A DNA stretch of 56,502 nt, filler included, from Catajapyx aquilonaris (GCA_000934665.2; 3 parts of 3 records of this genome joined end to end with filler, not necessarily neighbours in it); one strand, 5' to 3'; positions 35,501 to 46,013 are shown, numbered from the whole stretch's first letter. Numbers and translations are program-made. The notes: generated by a model from the letters alone, not told the origin.

Positions 35501-37697
35501 ATCAAGCTGTGGTGGAGGGTGAAAAAATTGAATTCGAGTGTCCTGTTAGGGGTAACCCAAAGCCCAGGTTTGTATCGACATATCTTTTGGTGATCTAGTA
35601 GCTCCCAAAATGCTACATTATCAACTACATCAATCTCCATTTGCTTATGTATTGTCACAGGATTCTCTGGTACCGAGACACGGAATTGCTCCAGTACCAG
35701 CCAGGTGTCCAAATATCAGAAGATGGAACCAAGATAGAAATATCATCTGTAAAGGTATCTGACTCAGGCACTTACACATGCATGGCTGTCAATGAGGCTG
35801 GGGAGGATGAAGCCTTCTTTGACCTGGAGGTCTTTGGTAGGAATATCTCAATGAGATGGTAAGAGTACAGAAAGGTAATGTAATATCGCTTGGATTAATT
35901 TCAGTTTTGCCGTATATTGAGGACAACAATGATGGAATTCAAATGCAAGTAATCCTGCACCATCCAATCACATTTGAGTGCAAGGCGAGTGGAGTGCCTC
36001 TTCCAGCCATCACCTGGCTGAAAGTATGTGTACTTATAATTTAGTTAGCATGTGTTAAGTGGCTGAAAGTGTGGATCAAATGCTTGTGCTTTCAGGATAA
36101 CATGGTCTGGGAGCCGGAGAAACAGATCAATCTCCAGGTCATGGAAAGGGGCCAGACAATCCAAATTCTGGATACTCTGGAAGATGATAGTGCTAGTTAC
36201 ACATGCCTTGCACAAAACATGGCTGGAGAAGCTGAAAAGCATTACCAGCTTGATGTATTGGGTGAGTTGAGTTTGTGTGACTAATCGATTCATGCCAATC
36301 AATGAACATTTAAATGCAGTATTTGAATTTTTAAAGAAATGGTTTGACTTATTTTCTTGACTATCCACATACAGTAGGCTACAGAGAATATTTACTTGGT
36401 ATACACATATCTTCATACCATTACAGTGCCGCCTGACATTGTGACGTCATCCAGCAGGAGGAGCTTGCAGATTGTGCACAATGAAGGTATCTCCATTGAA
36501 TGTCCTGTGAAAGGAGATCCCCTCCCCGAAGTGATATGGCTCAAAGATGGGGTGCCACTAGACGGATCCAATGAAAGAATACAGGTGGAATCGGAAGGAA
36601 CAGAGCTCACTATTGCTGCAGCTCAGGTGAGATGCCAATTTGCAGAATGGTTTAAATTACAGTGAAATCTGTTTGTTCACGGTTGTTAACTGAATTACCA
36701 AATGAAGTTATGCTGCATATGGGCTCTCTAGTCCAAGTTTACAGCGGAAGTTGGCCCTTACCTTGGTAACTTATTGAAACTGCTTTTGTGATTGATTGCA
36801 ATCATTAGTTGCCTTGGTACCACCTGAACTTTCTCTGCCATCTTTAATAGCTTCTCTATAGATGACCTCAATAGTTGAATTTACTCACAGGTTACAGATG
36901 CTGGGGAGTACAAATGTGTGGCAGCAAATGAGGCAGGCACAAAAGAGGCTACCACAGTTCTTAATGTTGTAGGTGAGTCCTGTCTACAATATTTTCTGTC
37001 AAATACCAGTATGTTACATTTAAAAAATATTTACTACTGCCACTCTTATATGCCAATGATATAACCAGCGTCGGATTTACGGCAAGGCAACCTAGGCAGT
37101 TGCCTAGGGTGGCAGATTTCAAGGGGCTACAAATTTAAGCACACCAAAAAAAAGTAAACGAAGAATTAATGATAAATAATTACGCGACTGGAACATATAA
37201 CACAGTGAAATTGCTTAAGGGGTTTGACACATTTTGTATACCTGATGATGATGTTGTACAGGTAAAAGTGAGCTCCACACAAAAATACTCTTGCTTCATG
37301 AACAAGTAGTTGGCACTTCAGTGAAGATATAACTTCACTGAAGTGCCAACTACTTGTTCATGAAGCAAGAGTATATACATCACCTTAATTGATGACTTAT
37401 TCCAGTTCCACCAACAATATCTGATGCTCAGAGCTCTGAATATTTGGATGTGACAGCGAACCACCCTGTCACATTGCTGTGTCCTGCAGCTGGTGTACCT
37501 GGCCCTAAGATTGAATGGAGAAAGGATGGCACTGAATTACCTCAGAAAGAAGGACCAACCCTGACCTTCAAGAGGTGAGATATTATGGCAGTGGGAATAT
37601 ATAGAATTATTTTACAGTATCATGAATGGTTTTCAGGGTCCAAGTGGAACATGGTGGAGTCTATGAATGCAGGGCATCCAACACGGCTGGGATGGCA
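20586..37697 (+). CDS. HMCN1: Hemicentin (HMCN1/HIM-4-like), partial: VWA C-terminal part + hemicentin-specific region + about 30 I-set Ig domains; truncated at both ends by scaffold limits
   Basis: Translation EIGPLTVTT...[40 protein letters not shown]...[15 protein letters not shown]...[17 protein letters not shown] matches the hemicentin VWA domain, followed by tandem Ig repeats (PP-x-I...C...G-x-P-x-P...W-x-K-D-G...D-x-G-x-Y-x-C-x-A-x-N-x-x-G). Frame-consistent exons inferred by hand: 20586-20815, 20889-21011, 21083-21482, 21552-21736, 21807-21879, 21982-22126, 22202-22323, 22389-22691, 22764-22913, 22982-23077, 23150-23425, 23660-23804, 23868-23995, 24073-24247, 24550-24644, 24723-24983, 25619-25876, 25947-26065, 26227-26511, 26623-26806, 26869-27007, 27101-27243, 27598-27882, 27967-28254, 28806-28990, 29056-29155, 29250-29374, 29529-29694, 29781-29934, 29997-30157, 30520-30836, 31016(?)-31194, 31466-31614, 31699-31849, 31960-32293 (broken at n), 32609-32724, 32789-32954, 33216-33355, 33410-33563, 33721-33878, 33948-34071, 34136-34293, 34373-34496, 34668-34952, 35116-35273, 35341-35567, 35661-35836, 35905-36023, 36096-36261, 36427-36626, 36891-36972, 37406-37574, 37637-37697 (gap). 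Confidence 0.95.
28282..28492. mobile_element. hAT-type MITE in a hemicentin intron
   Basis: TIRs cagaggtgggca / tgcccagcgctg; 8-bp TSD gttatagt / gttatagg (7/8 match). Confidence 0.75.
37066..37140. mobile_element. Terminal fragment of a non-autonomous DNA transposon in a hemicentin intron
   Basis: cagcgtcggattta..aggcaacctaggcagttgcctagggtggc resembles MITE termini with a subterminal palindrome; no matching second end was seen. Confidence 0.4.
37285..37374. repeat. Perfect 42-bp inverted repeat (6-nt loop) in a hemicentin intron
   Basis: atactcttgcttcatgaacaagtagttggcacttcagtgaag-atataa-cttcactgaagtgccaactacttgttcatgaagcaagagtat. Confidence 0.97.
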
Positions 37698-37797
37698 NNN
37701 NNNNNNNNNNNNNNNNNNNNNNNNNNNNNNNNNNNNNNNNNTTAATTAATTAANNNNNNNNNNNNNNNNNNNNNNNNNNNNNNNNNNNNNNNNNNNN
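37698..37797. other. Artificial scaffold-joining spacer
   Basis: 44 N + TTAATTAATTAA (37742-37753) + 44 N; it interrupts a hemicentin exon. Confidence 0.95.
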
Positions 37798-37875
37798 TGT
37801 CCATGAATACCGGAAGTTTGGTAATCCTAACTTGCATTTGAAGTTACAATCATAGCATTATGTCAGTTGCTGCTG

Positions 37876-38428
37876 TCCGGGGCACAGTGGTCCATGTACC
37901 ACTGTGCCCCGAAATGCACACTGTGTCCCGAAATGAATAGCTGTAAAACTAATGTGAGACAATTCTTTAAAAAATGTGAATTAGGTAGAAAAAAGAGCAA
38001 AACTGTGATTTTGACAAACCACCCTCCAAATGAACAGCTGTAAAAAAAAAAAGTGAGACAATGATTTTTAAAATGTCAAATTGGTAGAAAAAGGGGAAAA
38101 ACTGTGATGTTGACACAGTCCTCAAAATGAACAGCTGTAAAAAAAAATGTTAGGCAATGGTAATAAACTTCTTGTGTGAATTAGGGGTCCCAATCATTTC
38201 CGGACCACTGTGCCCCACCTATCGGGGTACAGTGGACCATTTGCAGGGGGTCGCTTCTAATTTTTTTTAAAGCCAAAAGGATGGCACTGCCTGTGAATAT
38301 AGTAGTGACTTATATTACCAAGGAGTGTCTCCACCATGCCTGAAAATATTGGGTGTGGAGGTATAACAGGTAGGTATATAAAAATTCAAATGTGCAAAAG
38401 TGGTCCACTGTGCCCCTGTCTCCCCTAC
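37876..38428. mobile_element. Non-autonomous DNA transposon-like repeat with multiple ggggcacagtggacca motifs
   Basis: Motif in both orientations at 37878, 37898, 38202, 38223 and 38401; ends ...cccctgtctcccctac; internal tandem duplication at about 37930-38160. Confidence 0.55.
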
Positions 38429-39353
38429 ATCTCACTATATCTCAATTATTCCATTAACAGTTTTGCACCCATTCAGCTATGTATGAAAAAAAATTAAAAA
38501 GTACCCGCAATTGCTCATCCGAGGGGTTCAACAATCCCCCACAATCAAAACCTATCGGAGTACAGTCAAATGATTAAATCGGGTAATTACAAGGTGGTCC
38601 CCTAAAAGGCCCAGGGATCACGGGGTGTCCATTATTATTAAAGTAAGCTTCACTGAACCTGTGTTCAAAAAAATTAATCAATATCTTATGTGGTCTAGGT
38701 CGAAACAAGGGGTGTGTTTTTGGTCCCTCTCCAGCTTTCTGGAGAGGGACCAAAAACATACCCAAGAACTCAGCGCTCCGCCATGTTCTCTCTTATACCG
38801 TCGCGTCGTACAACTCGTACTCTTTGCTCGTACTGTCTTACACGTAAGCAGTGTGTATTTCCAGCCAATATCCCGGCTAGAATAGCTGTTGGGGCCGAAG
38901 ATAGCAGATTATTTAACAGCTATTAATAACCGCTATTTTAAGTCGCAGGAGCTTTAAGAGGTATTACCCGGGATCCTACACATCAACCGACTTGACTGTC
39001 AAAAAAGTAGGACATTTGCCCAATCCTTAACACTTAACTAGTGACCTGGGGTCTTTTAAGACCCCAGGGGATTTTTTAAATATAAATTGCCTTTAATGAT
39101 AAATATTTGCTTTTTAATTCTTTTACACAACACCTGCAACTGTTTTCTACCATTTGGTTTAATTTTCAACTCTCTAGCTGCCGTAGAACGGAATTTAAAA
39201 AATCATATACCATGCAATATTTTCAGATTTTACCATGGCGAATCTAGATTTTCTAAGTCCTGAAATATTTCACAACTGGTGACCAGGGGTCTTTTAAGAC
39301 CCCAGCTATTTTCCAGCCCTAATTTTTCCGATCACACCTGTAATCTATATATA

Positions 39354-39592
39354 CAGTTCGCTCAAGAAGTCCGGTCACAAAAGAAGTCCTGGACAGAAGA
39401 GTGTGCCCACATTTTTTATACATAGGATTTTGGGCGTTTGGTGGGTGAAACAATGTGCCAGGACAGGCTAGTTCTTGCCCATTGGTGGAGAGAAAAGTGA
39501 AAGGTGATGACCACAAAGAGAAAAGAGAAGGGGGAGACGGGGTGGGGGGCTCGTGGCCACGACTTTTGTGACCGGACTTCTTGAGTGAACTG
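39354..39592. mobile_element. Tc1/mariner-type MITE (nested)
   Basis: TIRs cagttcgctcaagaagtccggtcacaaaa / ttttgtgaccggacttcttgagtgaactg, inside a (TA)n context. Confidence 0.88.
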
Positions 39593-39602
39593 TATATATA
39601 TA

Positions 39603-39860
39603 TGTCTGTCCACCTCGGATATAGTAGACACCTCGGATATAATAGACTCATATATAGTAGACACATCATTGGTCACATGCCCCCTGGCAGGCCCCTGACT
39701 TCCGCAATTCTTGCTCACACCAATGTATGCAATGTCTACTATAGCCGAGGTGGCGTGTGACCAATGTGTCTACTATATCCGAGGTGTCTACTATATCCGC
39801 GGGACCAATGTGTCTACTATATCCAAGGTGTCTACTATATCCGAGGTGGACAGGCAGACA
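39603..39860. repeat. Inverted arrays of an 18-bp unit (tgtctactatatccgagg)
   Basis: Units on the minus strand at about 39610-39665 and on the plus strand at about 39733-39850, bounded by tgtctgtccacc / ggtggacaggca. Confidence 0.75.
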
Positions 39861-39880
39861 GAGAAACGTTTTTATATATA

Positions 39881-40150
39881 ATAATAATAATAATTCATAC
39901 CCTGTTATCAGCCTATCGGCTCTTTAGGGGGGAAGTTTGTTTTGCCTGGAACTCTTTGCTTTTCATTTTACTGTGCTCTTTGGGATAGGATTGGGACGGA
40001 AGGAAGCGGCTGTGGCCTATTAATTACGGAAACAACTCTGGAATTTCCCTGGAAGGACCGTGGGAAACCACAGAAAACCCCGGGATTCGAACCCAGGACC
40101 TCCCGATTAGCAGTCGGACGCCTTATCCACTATGCCAACCTGCTTCGGTT
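39881..40150 (-). mobile_element. tRNA-derived SINE, family S1 copy 1
   Basis: Minus strand accgaagcaggttggcatagtggataagg (A box)...gggttcgaatccc (B box)...ggccacagccgcttccttcc...(tta)n tail; TSD gtttttatata at 39868 and 40151. Confidence 0.85.
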
Positions 40151-40161
40151 GTTTTTATATA

Positions 40162-40723
40162 CAGGGTGTTTATTGTAACTCTCCAAAGACTTTCAGGGGT
40201 AATAGAGGGGACCAAGACAAGTATTTTTGACATAGGAACTCGTGTCCGGAAGCGCCATCTAGAGGGGGTTCATAGACAAGGAACGGGTGGGCTCAGACGC
40301 GTCAGGCAAGAGGCGCTAGGCGAGCGGACTGTTTTGTTGATAGATGACACTCGGATAGTAACCAACGATGCGATGTGTCATAACGTGGCAGCAACAGAGC
40401 CATCTAGCAACTAAAGTACGCCTCCTAGGAGACCCGCGGATAGTCAACAGCGGTTCTGTTGTTGCCAGGTTATGGCGTATCGCCTTGTTGTTTACTTACA
40501 ACGACGCGATACGCCATAACCTAGCAACAACTGCGCGCCATCTACCAACAAAACAGTCCGCTCGCCTAGCGCCTCTCGCCTGGCTCGTCTGAGCGCACCC
40601 ATTCCTTGTCTATGAACCCCCTCTAGATGGCGTTTCCGGACACGGGTTCCTATGTCAAAAATGCTTGTCTTGGTCCCCTCTATTACCTCTGAAAGTCTTT
40701 GCAGAGTTACAATAAACACCCCG
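40162..40723. mobile_element. Tc1/mariner-type foldback MITE with long inverted arms (nested)
   Basis: cagggtgtttattgtaactct... / ...agagttacaataaacaccccg; arms over 180 bp are nearly reverse-complementary; TA at 40160-40161 and 40724-40725. Confidence 0.9.
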
Positions 40724-41123
40724 TATATAGAGGTATTGATACCTTTTTTGCGTTTTCAGTCAGACAGTGTCCTTCACGAAAATTCTCCGGATCATATTTT
40801 TCTAATTCCTGAAATGTTACTCAACTGGTGACCTGGGGTCTTTTAAGACCCCAGGTGACACCTCGGTGGGTAATTAATTGATTTTAGCGGTTTTGTGTTA
40901 CAAAAAAAAAAAAAAAAAACGAATATATGTTGAGAAAGGTTCAACTGAAATTTATGAAAAAAAATGTTTTCCTTGATATTAAAAGTAAACATTTTATAAC
41001 AAAAAAATTGCACCTGGGGTCTTAAAAGACCCCAGGTCACCAGTTAAGGGTTAAAAATCCGCCCGGACAACCCCTTAGAAAGGAGGATATGTCCGGGTAA
41101 AATAGGACGTCTGGTAACCCCAG

Positions 41124-42296
41124 TTTCACAGCGTCTGTAACTCTCTCCGGTGCCACGAAGAAGAAGGGTCATCTCGCACGCTTTGAAGTCGAAGGCGAGT
41201 ATAATCATGGAGATCCATACAGGGAGCATATACTACATAAGAGGTGCAAACATTCGATTTGCGCGTCTCTCTGTTTGGCGCATGATCTTAGAATACTCAG
41301 CTCTGGTCACTCCCACCTAGCCCCTGCTACATTGGGGGACCCAATATGGTCGCCGGCGGCCATGTTGGGCCCGCATGTAGCGCTTCCCTTTTGTACGTAT
41401 AAAGTTCAGCATAGTACGGTAGGGTCACCACATACCAGTGCTCTGAAATGTCTCATGACGCTCTCATCAGGTGAGCACCTCCTGCAAAACAGGCGATAAG
41501 ATCAGAATGTAGGACAGTATAAGTGTCCGGGCGCTGCGGCTGGTTTGGAGCCAAGGCTGGCGGCCATTGTGAAAGGGGGCCAACGAGGTGTAAATAGGGT
41601 ACAGGCAGGCTGTAAAGGTCCGCCATCTTTTATTGTTTTGGGGGCCATGACACTTCCCGGCAAGAACACGCGCGAATTTGAATATTTTTGCCGTACTTAC
41701 GGAATTAATACGTAGAAAAGTGCATTAAAGGAGCTCATAAAATATAAAATATTCAAATTCGCACGTGTTCTTGCCGTGAACTGCCACGGACTGGCCCCCA
41801 AAACCATCAAAGATGGCGGACCTTTATGGCCTGCCTGTACCCTTACACCTCGTTGGCCCCTTTTCAAAATGGCGCGAATTGAATGTTTGCGCCTCTTATG
41901 TAGTATATGCTCCCTGTCCTGGCTCTCCATTATTATAAATTCATACCCCGTTATCAGCCATCGGCTCTTTAGGGGGGAAGTTTGTTTTGCCTGGAACTCT
42001 TTGCTTTTCATTTTACTGTGCTCTTTGGGATAGGATAGAGACGGAAGGAAGCGGCTGTGGCCTATTAATTACGGAAGCAACTCCGGAATTTCCCTGGAAA
42101 ACCACAGAAAACCACGGTCAGAGTTGCTGGCCCCGGGATTCGAACCCAGGACCTCCCGATTAGCAGTCGGACGCCTTATCCACTATGCTAACCTGCTTCG
42201 GTGGCTCTCCATTATTATAATCGCCTTCGACTTCAAAGCATGTGAGATGACTCTTCTCCTTCGCGGCACAGGAGAGAGCTACAGACGCGGTGAAAA
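41124..42296. repeat. Large inverted pair of an interspersed repeat (family B)
   Basis: 41124-41265 and 41560-41690 are reverse-complementary to 41870-41938+42203-42296 and 41745-41872. A third copy lies at 56265-56502. Confidence 0.8.
41939..42202 (-). mobile_element. tRNA-derived SINE, family S1 copy 2
   Basis: Near-identical to 39881-40150; 18-bp TSD ggctctccattattataa at 41921-41938 and 42203-42220. Confidence 0.9.
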
Positions 42297-42679
42297 GCGA
42301 CCAGGATGAGCGACTCGCGAAGGGATGCAGGTGTTGTAGCTTTGGAATGACGCCTTTTGTCTGTATTTTCACCCTGCTAACGTGGAAATTAGCAGCGGAG
42401 GTGATGTTTTCTCAACACTATAGGCCAAGCAGAATTTAAAAAATACAAAAAAATTTCAAATTCAGGAGGGTAAGAAGAGTCACTTTTGTTGTAAGAGGAA
42501 AGGAAGTGCTGCCATGTAATATGGGCCTGTACAAATATGAATGTAAATCTCTAAAATATTGCTTGTCTGGCATAAATCATGTGTTGTATGGGTGACAGAG
42601 AACTAGTTAAACTGGGCAAAACTGGAGGGAAATAATGGCCAGACAAAATGAATCAGGTTTTTTTTTTTGTGTGTTCCAG

Positions 42680-43066
42680 AGTGATAAGGAGCTCTTATGG
42701 GATTCCATAAAAAATGACTTGGAGGAGAGGATCCGTCGGTTAGAGGAGGATCGTAACAATGTGGACTTCACATCTGATTTATGGATGGAGCAAAACCAGG
42801 GAAGCAGGAGAGGGGGTGGTGGCAGCAAGGGGGATCCACTTTTCGCAGGGGAGATGGTGAGTGGTGTTGGAACAACTAGATGTGCAGGCTCGGGCTCAGG
42901 GACTGGAAGTGCTGCTGCTGGGAGTAGCAGGAAGAGGAAGGCTGTCACAGTGGCTGGTCCTTTTTTGGTGTACGAGGTGAGAGAAAACGATATTTTGGAA
43001 GACTGGGCTGTCATCCGGAAGGCATCTACAAAGAAGAAATCGGAGGAACTACTCTCATGGCTTTGA
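42680..43066 (+). CDS. BRMS1L: Terminal coding exon of BRMS1/BRMS1L-like (Sds3 family, Sin3-HDAC complex subunit); upstream exons not found in this scaffold
   Basis: After acceptor ttttttgtgtgttccag: SDKELLWDSIKNDLEERIRRLEEDRNNVDFTSDLW...RKRKAVTVAGPFLVYEVRENDILEDWAVIRKA, matching the BRMS1/BRMS1L motifs LEEKIRRLEEDR and VSGPYIVYML..DILEDW..I.KA; stop TGA at 43064-43066. Confidence 0.9.
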   Translation, partial: SDKELLWDSIKNDLEERIRRLEEDRNNVDFTSDLWMEQNQGSRRGGGGSKGDPLFAGEMVSGVGTTRCAGSGSGTGSAAAGSSRKRKAVTVAGPFLVYEVRENDILEDWAVIRKASTKKKSEELLSWL

Positions 43067-43618
43067 TTGAAGATGATGGGCTACTCAGCAGGCTGAATGT
43101 GGATAGCCTTTTCAGTTCGCAACTATTACTGATCAGAATCTGTTAGGGAGGCTGGAAACCTACTTACAGGGACCCCTGAATTCATTAGTTGATAAGTTCG
43201 AGATGTTATAGTATTTTTGGAATTTGAGAATGTAAATACTCCTGCTAGTTTGAAAATATATCGATGGAAGTAAGATGTGGCATCATAGATACATCTTTTG
43301 CAATGTTGCTACTTCCATAATAGTTCATAAGAAAATATGTAAAATTTCATACTTCTTGTGGTGTACAAATAGCATCCTTGTAGGTAAAAAATTGTAAAAT
43401 ATCATTTAGATGTTGTATTAGTACAATGTCATTGCATGAAAATTCCTTGGTTATGTTATGTTTTTGTATTTTTCAAGCGAGCCTTATTGTGTTGGAGTAC
43501 AAGCTTTGTGCCATAATACTTCGTGGTGATTCTATTTGTTTGTAGGGGTTTCATATTGCAAGATATGACTGGTCGTAATGGTTAATTTTGTTCTGTTACA
43601 TTCTAATATATTGTTACC

Positions 43619-43624
43619 AATAAA
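43619..43624 (+). promoter_or_regulatory. Candidate polyadenylation signal of the BRMS1-like gene
   Basis: AATAAA about 550 nt after the stop, followed by GT-rich tgttgtttcgtgtt. Confidence 0.45.
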
Positions 43625-46013
43625 GTTCCATATGTTGTTTCGTGTTACAAAAAAGTGTGACAGTTGGAGGGAGTGTCTCACAAGTTATGTAATAAGACAC
43701 AATCATGATGAAGAGATACTTACCCCTTTGAGGCCTACGATCATCATATGACGATCTGCGAGTTTTTGAACTGGGCGCGCTAGAGTTTAGACAAAAATGG
43801 CGCAGTTTGAGGCTCAAACTGCTCCTACCACCTCGTGGAAGGGGGCTCAACTACCATGACATATGCTAATCAGTTTTTCCGTCTCCCAGCGTGAACTAAA
43901 CATATCCCCTCCCGCGGCGTCAGAACAGGGTGTTCTGTAAGTCTGGATTTTGAGGAATTTCTCTAGTACAGTGTTTTAGTATTATTTTGCAACCACAGTA
44001 ACAATTTTATAGTGACTTTAAAAAGTTCAATTTAATTACATTTAAAGTTAATTGCACTTTATTTTTTTCTGGAACACCCTGTAGATGAATATTTTCAGCA
44101 TTTTACATTCAAAAGGACTACCACGACTTGAATGATAAATATAGGAGCATATTGTTTTTCATCAATGTTACTCCTACTACATGTTTTTGTCAAAAAGAGA
44201 CTAAAACGGCCAAAAAAACTCAGGCGTCAAAGGGTTAACAATGGTGTGTGGTGCACATGTGATGTCACAGAGGGCCAAGACGTCACATACAATCATGAAT
44301 CTGCAAGATGGGTAGTAAATTGCTCAAATTACTTGTGAACTGGGTTTGGTCATACTCCAGCAGAGGGAAGGTGTGCCCTTAAGGGCAACATATGACATCT
44401 GGCTGTGCCTGAGTCTTGCAGTTGTGTAGTTGGTAAAAACTCTCCCCGTCTGGGATGAGCTAGCCCTTAAATAGGTTGCAATTGCTGCACAAGGGGGACC
44501 TGTTGGAAGGGTATTGGTGTGTCAGTGAAATCATTGCTATCAGCTGCTAAGCAAAGAAAATATCAAAGGCCATGAAGTTAAGAATCCTCTGATTCCTCAA
44601 GACACTGGCATTATGCCACATCCAGAGCTACCCAACTCTGTAGTTTATGAAAGGAGAGGGCAATTCTCTCGGGTTTGGTTTATTGAGGGAGCCCAAGCAA
44701 CAACACTAGCTATATCTTATACAGAAGAGAATATGGTCATTCCCACATGCCACAGGGATCATGATTCGTATCCCCGAAAATAGCGATTGGGGTGTTCCCA
44801 CATGCCCTTCCTCCACCTGAAAGCGTTTACGAAGGTGACTGGGGCAGTCAGCTTGCAGAAGTTAACTCCCAGGTTCCGAGTCACGATCCCGACGTCACTC
44901 CCCCCTCCTGACCGGTTCTTAGCTGAGCTCTCTGCTTGGCCCCGTCTGCCCCCTCGCTCTGCGGGCAGCCAGGACCTGTGAAATAATGTAGATAGCATGC
45001 CTCCATGCTATTAGAACCAGGCCTATCGTAGAGTCACCCATATCTCTGTCCATGAGCTGAAGCAAGAGTCATTTTTTTGCCAGGCGGAAGGGTGTGCTTC
45101 CAGAGCCATCTACCGAAAATCACGAAAAGTATGTGGCTCATGGGAACAGTCACCAAATGATCCTGATTTCGCCCCTCAGATTCGTGGTCGAAGATCAAGA
45201 TTTCGTGCCACGTGGAGATGGCCCTAATGAGAGGACAAGAGAGATTTTTTGACAATGGAAGGAATTGGGAGACGTCCCCACCCCCCCACCCTGTCTGACC
45301 CCACATGGTCACTGGGGGTTGTGGTCCAAGGCTGCACTGTTTCACACAATCTGTAAATTCAGACTAGCCTCAAATGAGCCATTGCGAGACTGCTTCACAC
45401 AGCCTGCTAGGCCTGCCCCAGGGGCCATGCTATCAACTGGTGAAATCTCCAACTTGCCAACAACTCGACCCAGTGGATGCAGCAGGTGTCATGAAGGAGA
45501 TTATTCTCATAAATAACTCAATTTTGAGAAAATCCTGTCCGTTGTGGTCCATTCTGTTAGGAATTTTTCCCTCCATAAGCTGCATATTTTTGGGTAGTTA
45601 TTTGATTACTTTTGGCCATTATCTAAAGTATTACCTTCTAATACAGTATATGTAGACCTGTTTTACAGCACTCAATTTTATGTTTCACATTAATGATCTT
45701 TTCAAAATTACATTTAAAAATTAACATTTTAAATGCTTTTAATTTTCAAATTTTAACATCTCTGCAACACCTCAGTCCAAACACACTACAGGTGCTGCTT
45801 TTGCTTTTCGTGGTGTATTGTGGCATGATCTGGAGATACATGGGGTGCAAATATTAATGTGTTTTTTGCTTTGGGGGATGCTAGATGTGTTTTGCAATCA
45901 TTTTAAATATAGGTATCATGGGTTTCAGCATGCACATTAATTAGCAACAAATTAAGAGTGAATTATATCACCAATGTTGCGAATACAGCGTATGACACTT
46001 CTATAGCCTAGGA

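Larger units (their letters stand above)
39031..41050. mobile_element. piggyBac-type non-autonomous element carrying nested insertions
   Basis: TIRs cacttaactagtgacctggggtcttttaagaccccagg / cctggggtcttaaaagaccccaggtcaccagttaaggg, flanked by TTAA at 39027-39030 and 41051-41054. Confidence 0.85.

Noticed and set aside
23102..36610. Many minus-strand ORFs (up to 178 aa) over hemicentin
   Set aside because: Antisense shadows of real exons with no independent protein features.
40078..40150. tRNA gene (also at 3162, 42130-42202, 46318 and 49230-49300)
   Set aside because: A/B boxes are present, but they continue into SINE bodies with tails and TSDs; no clean cloverleaf or poly-T terminator.
40166..40719. 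Two similar ORFs on opposite strands (MFIVTLQRLS...)
   Set aside because: Mirror translations of the two arms of a foldback MITE.
44700..45520. GC-richer stretch with several 60-100 aa ORFs
   Set aside because: No recognisable domain or consistent splice pattern; possibly an old retroelement fragment, but unsupported.
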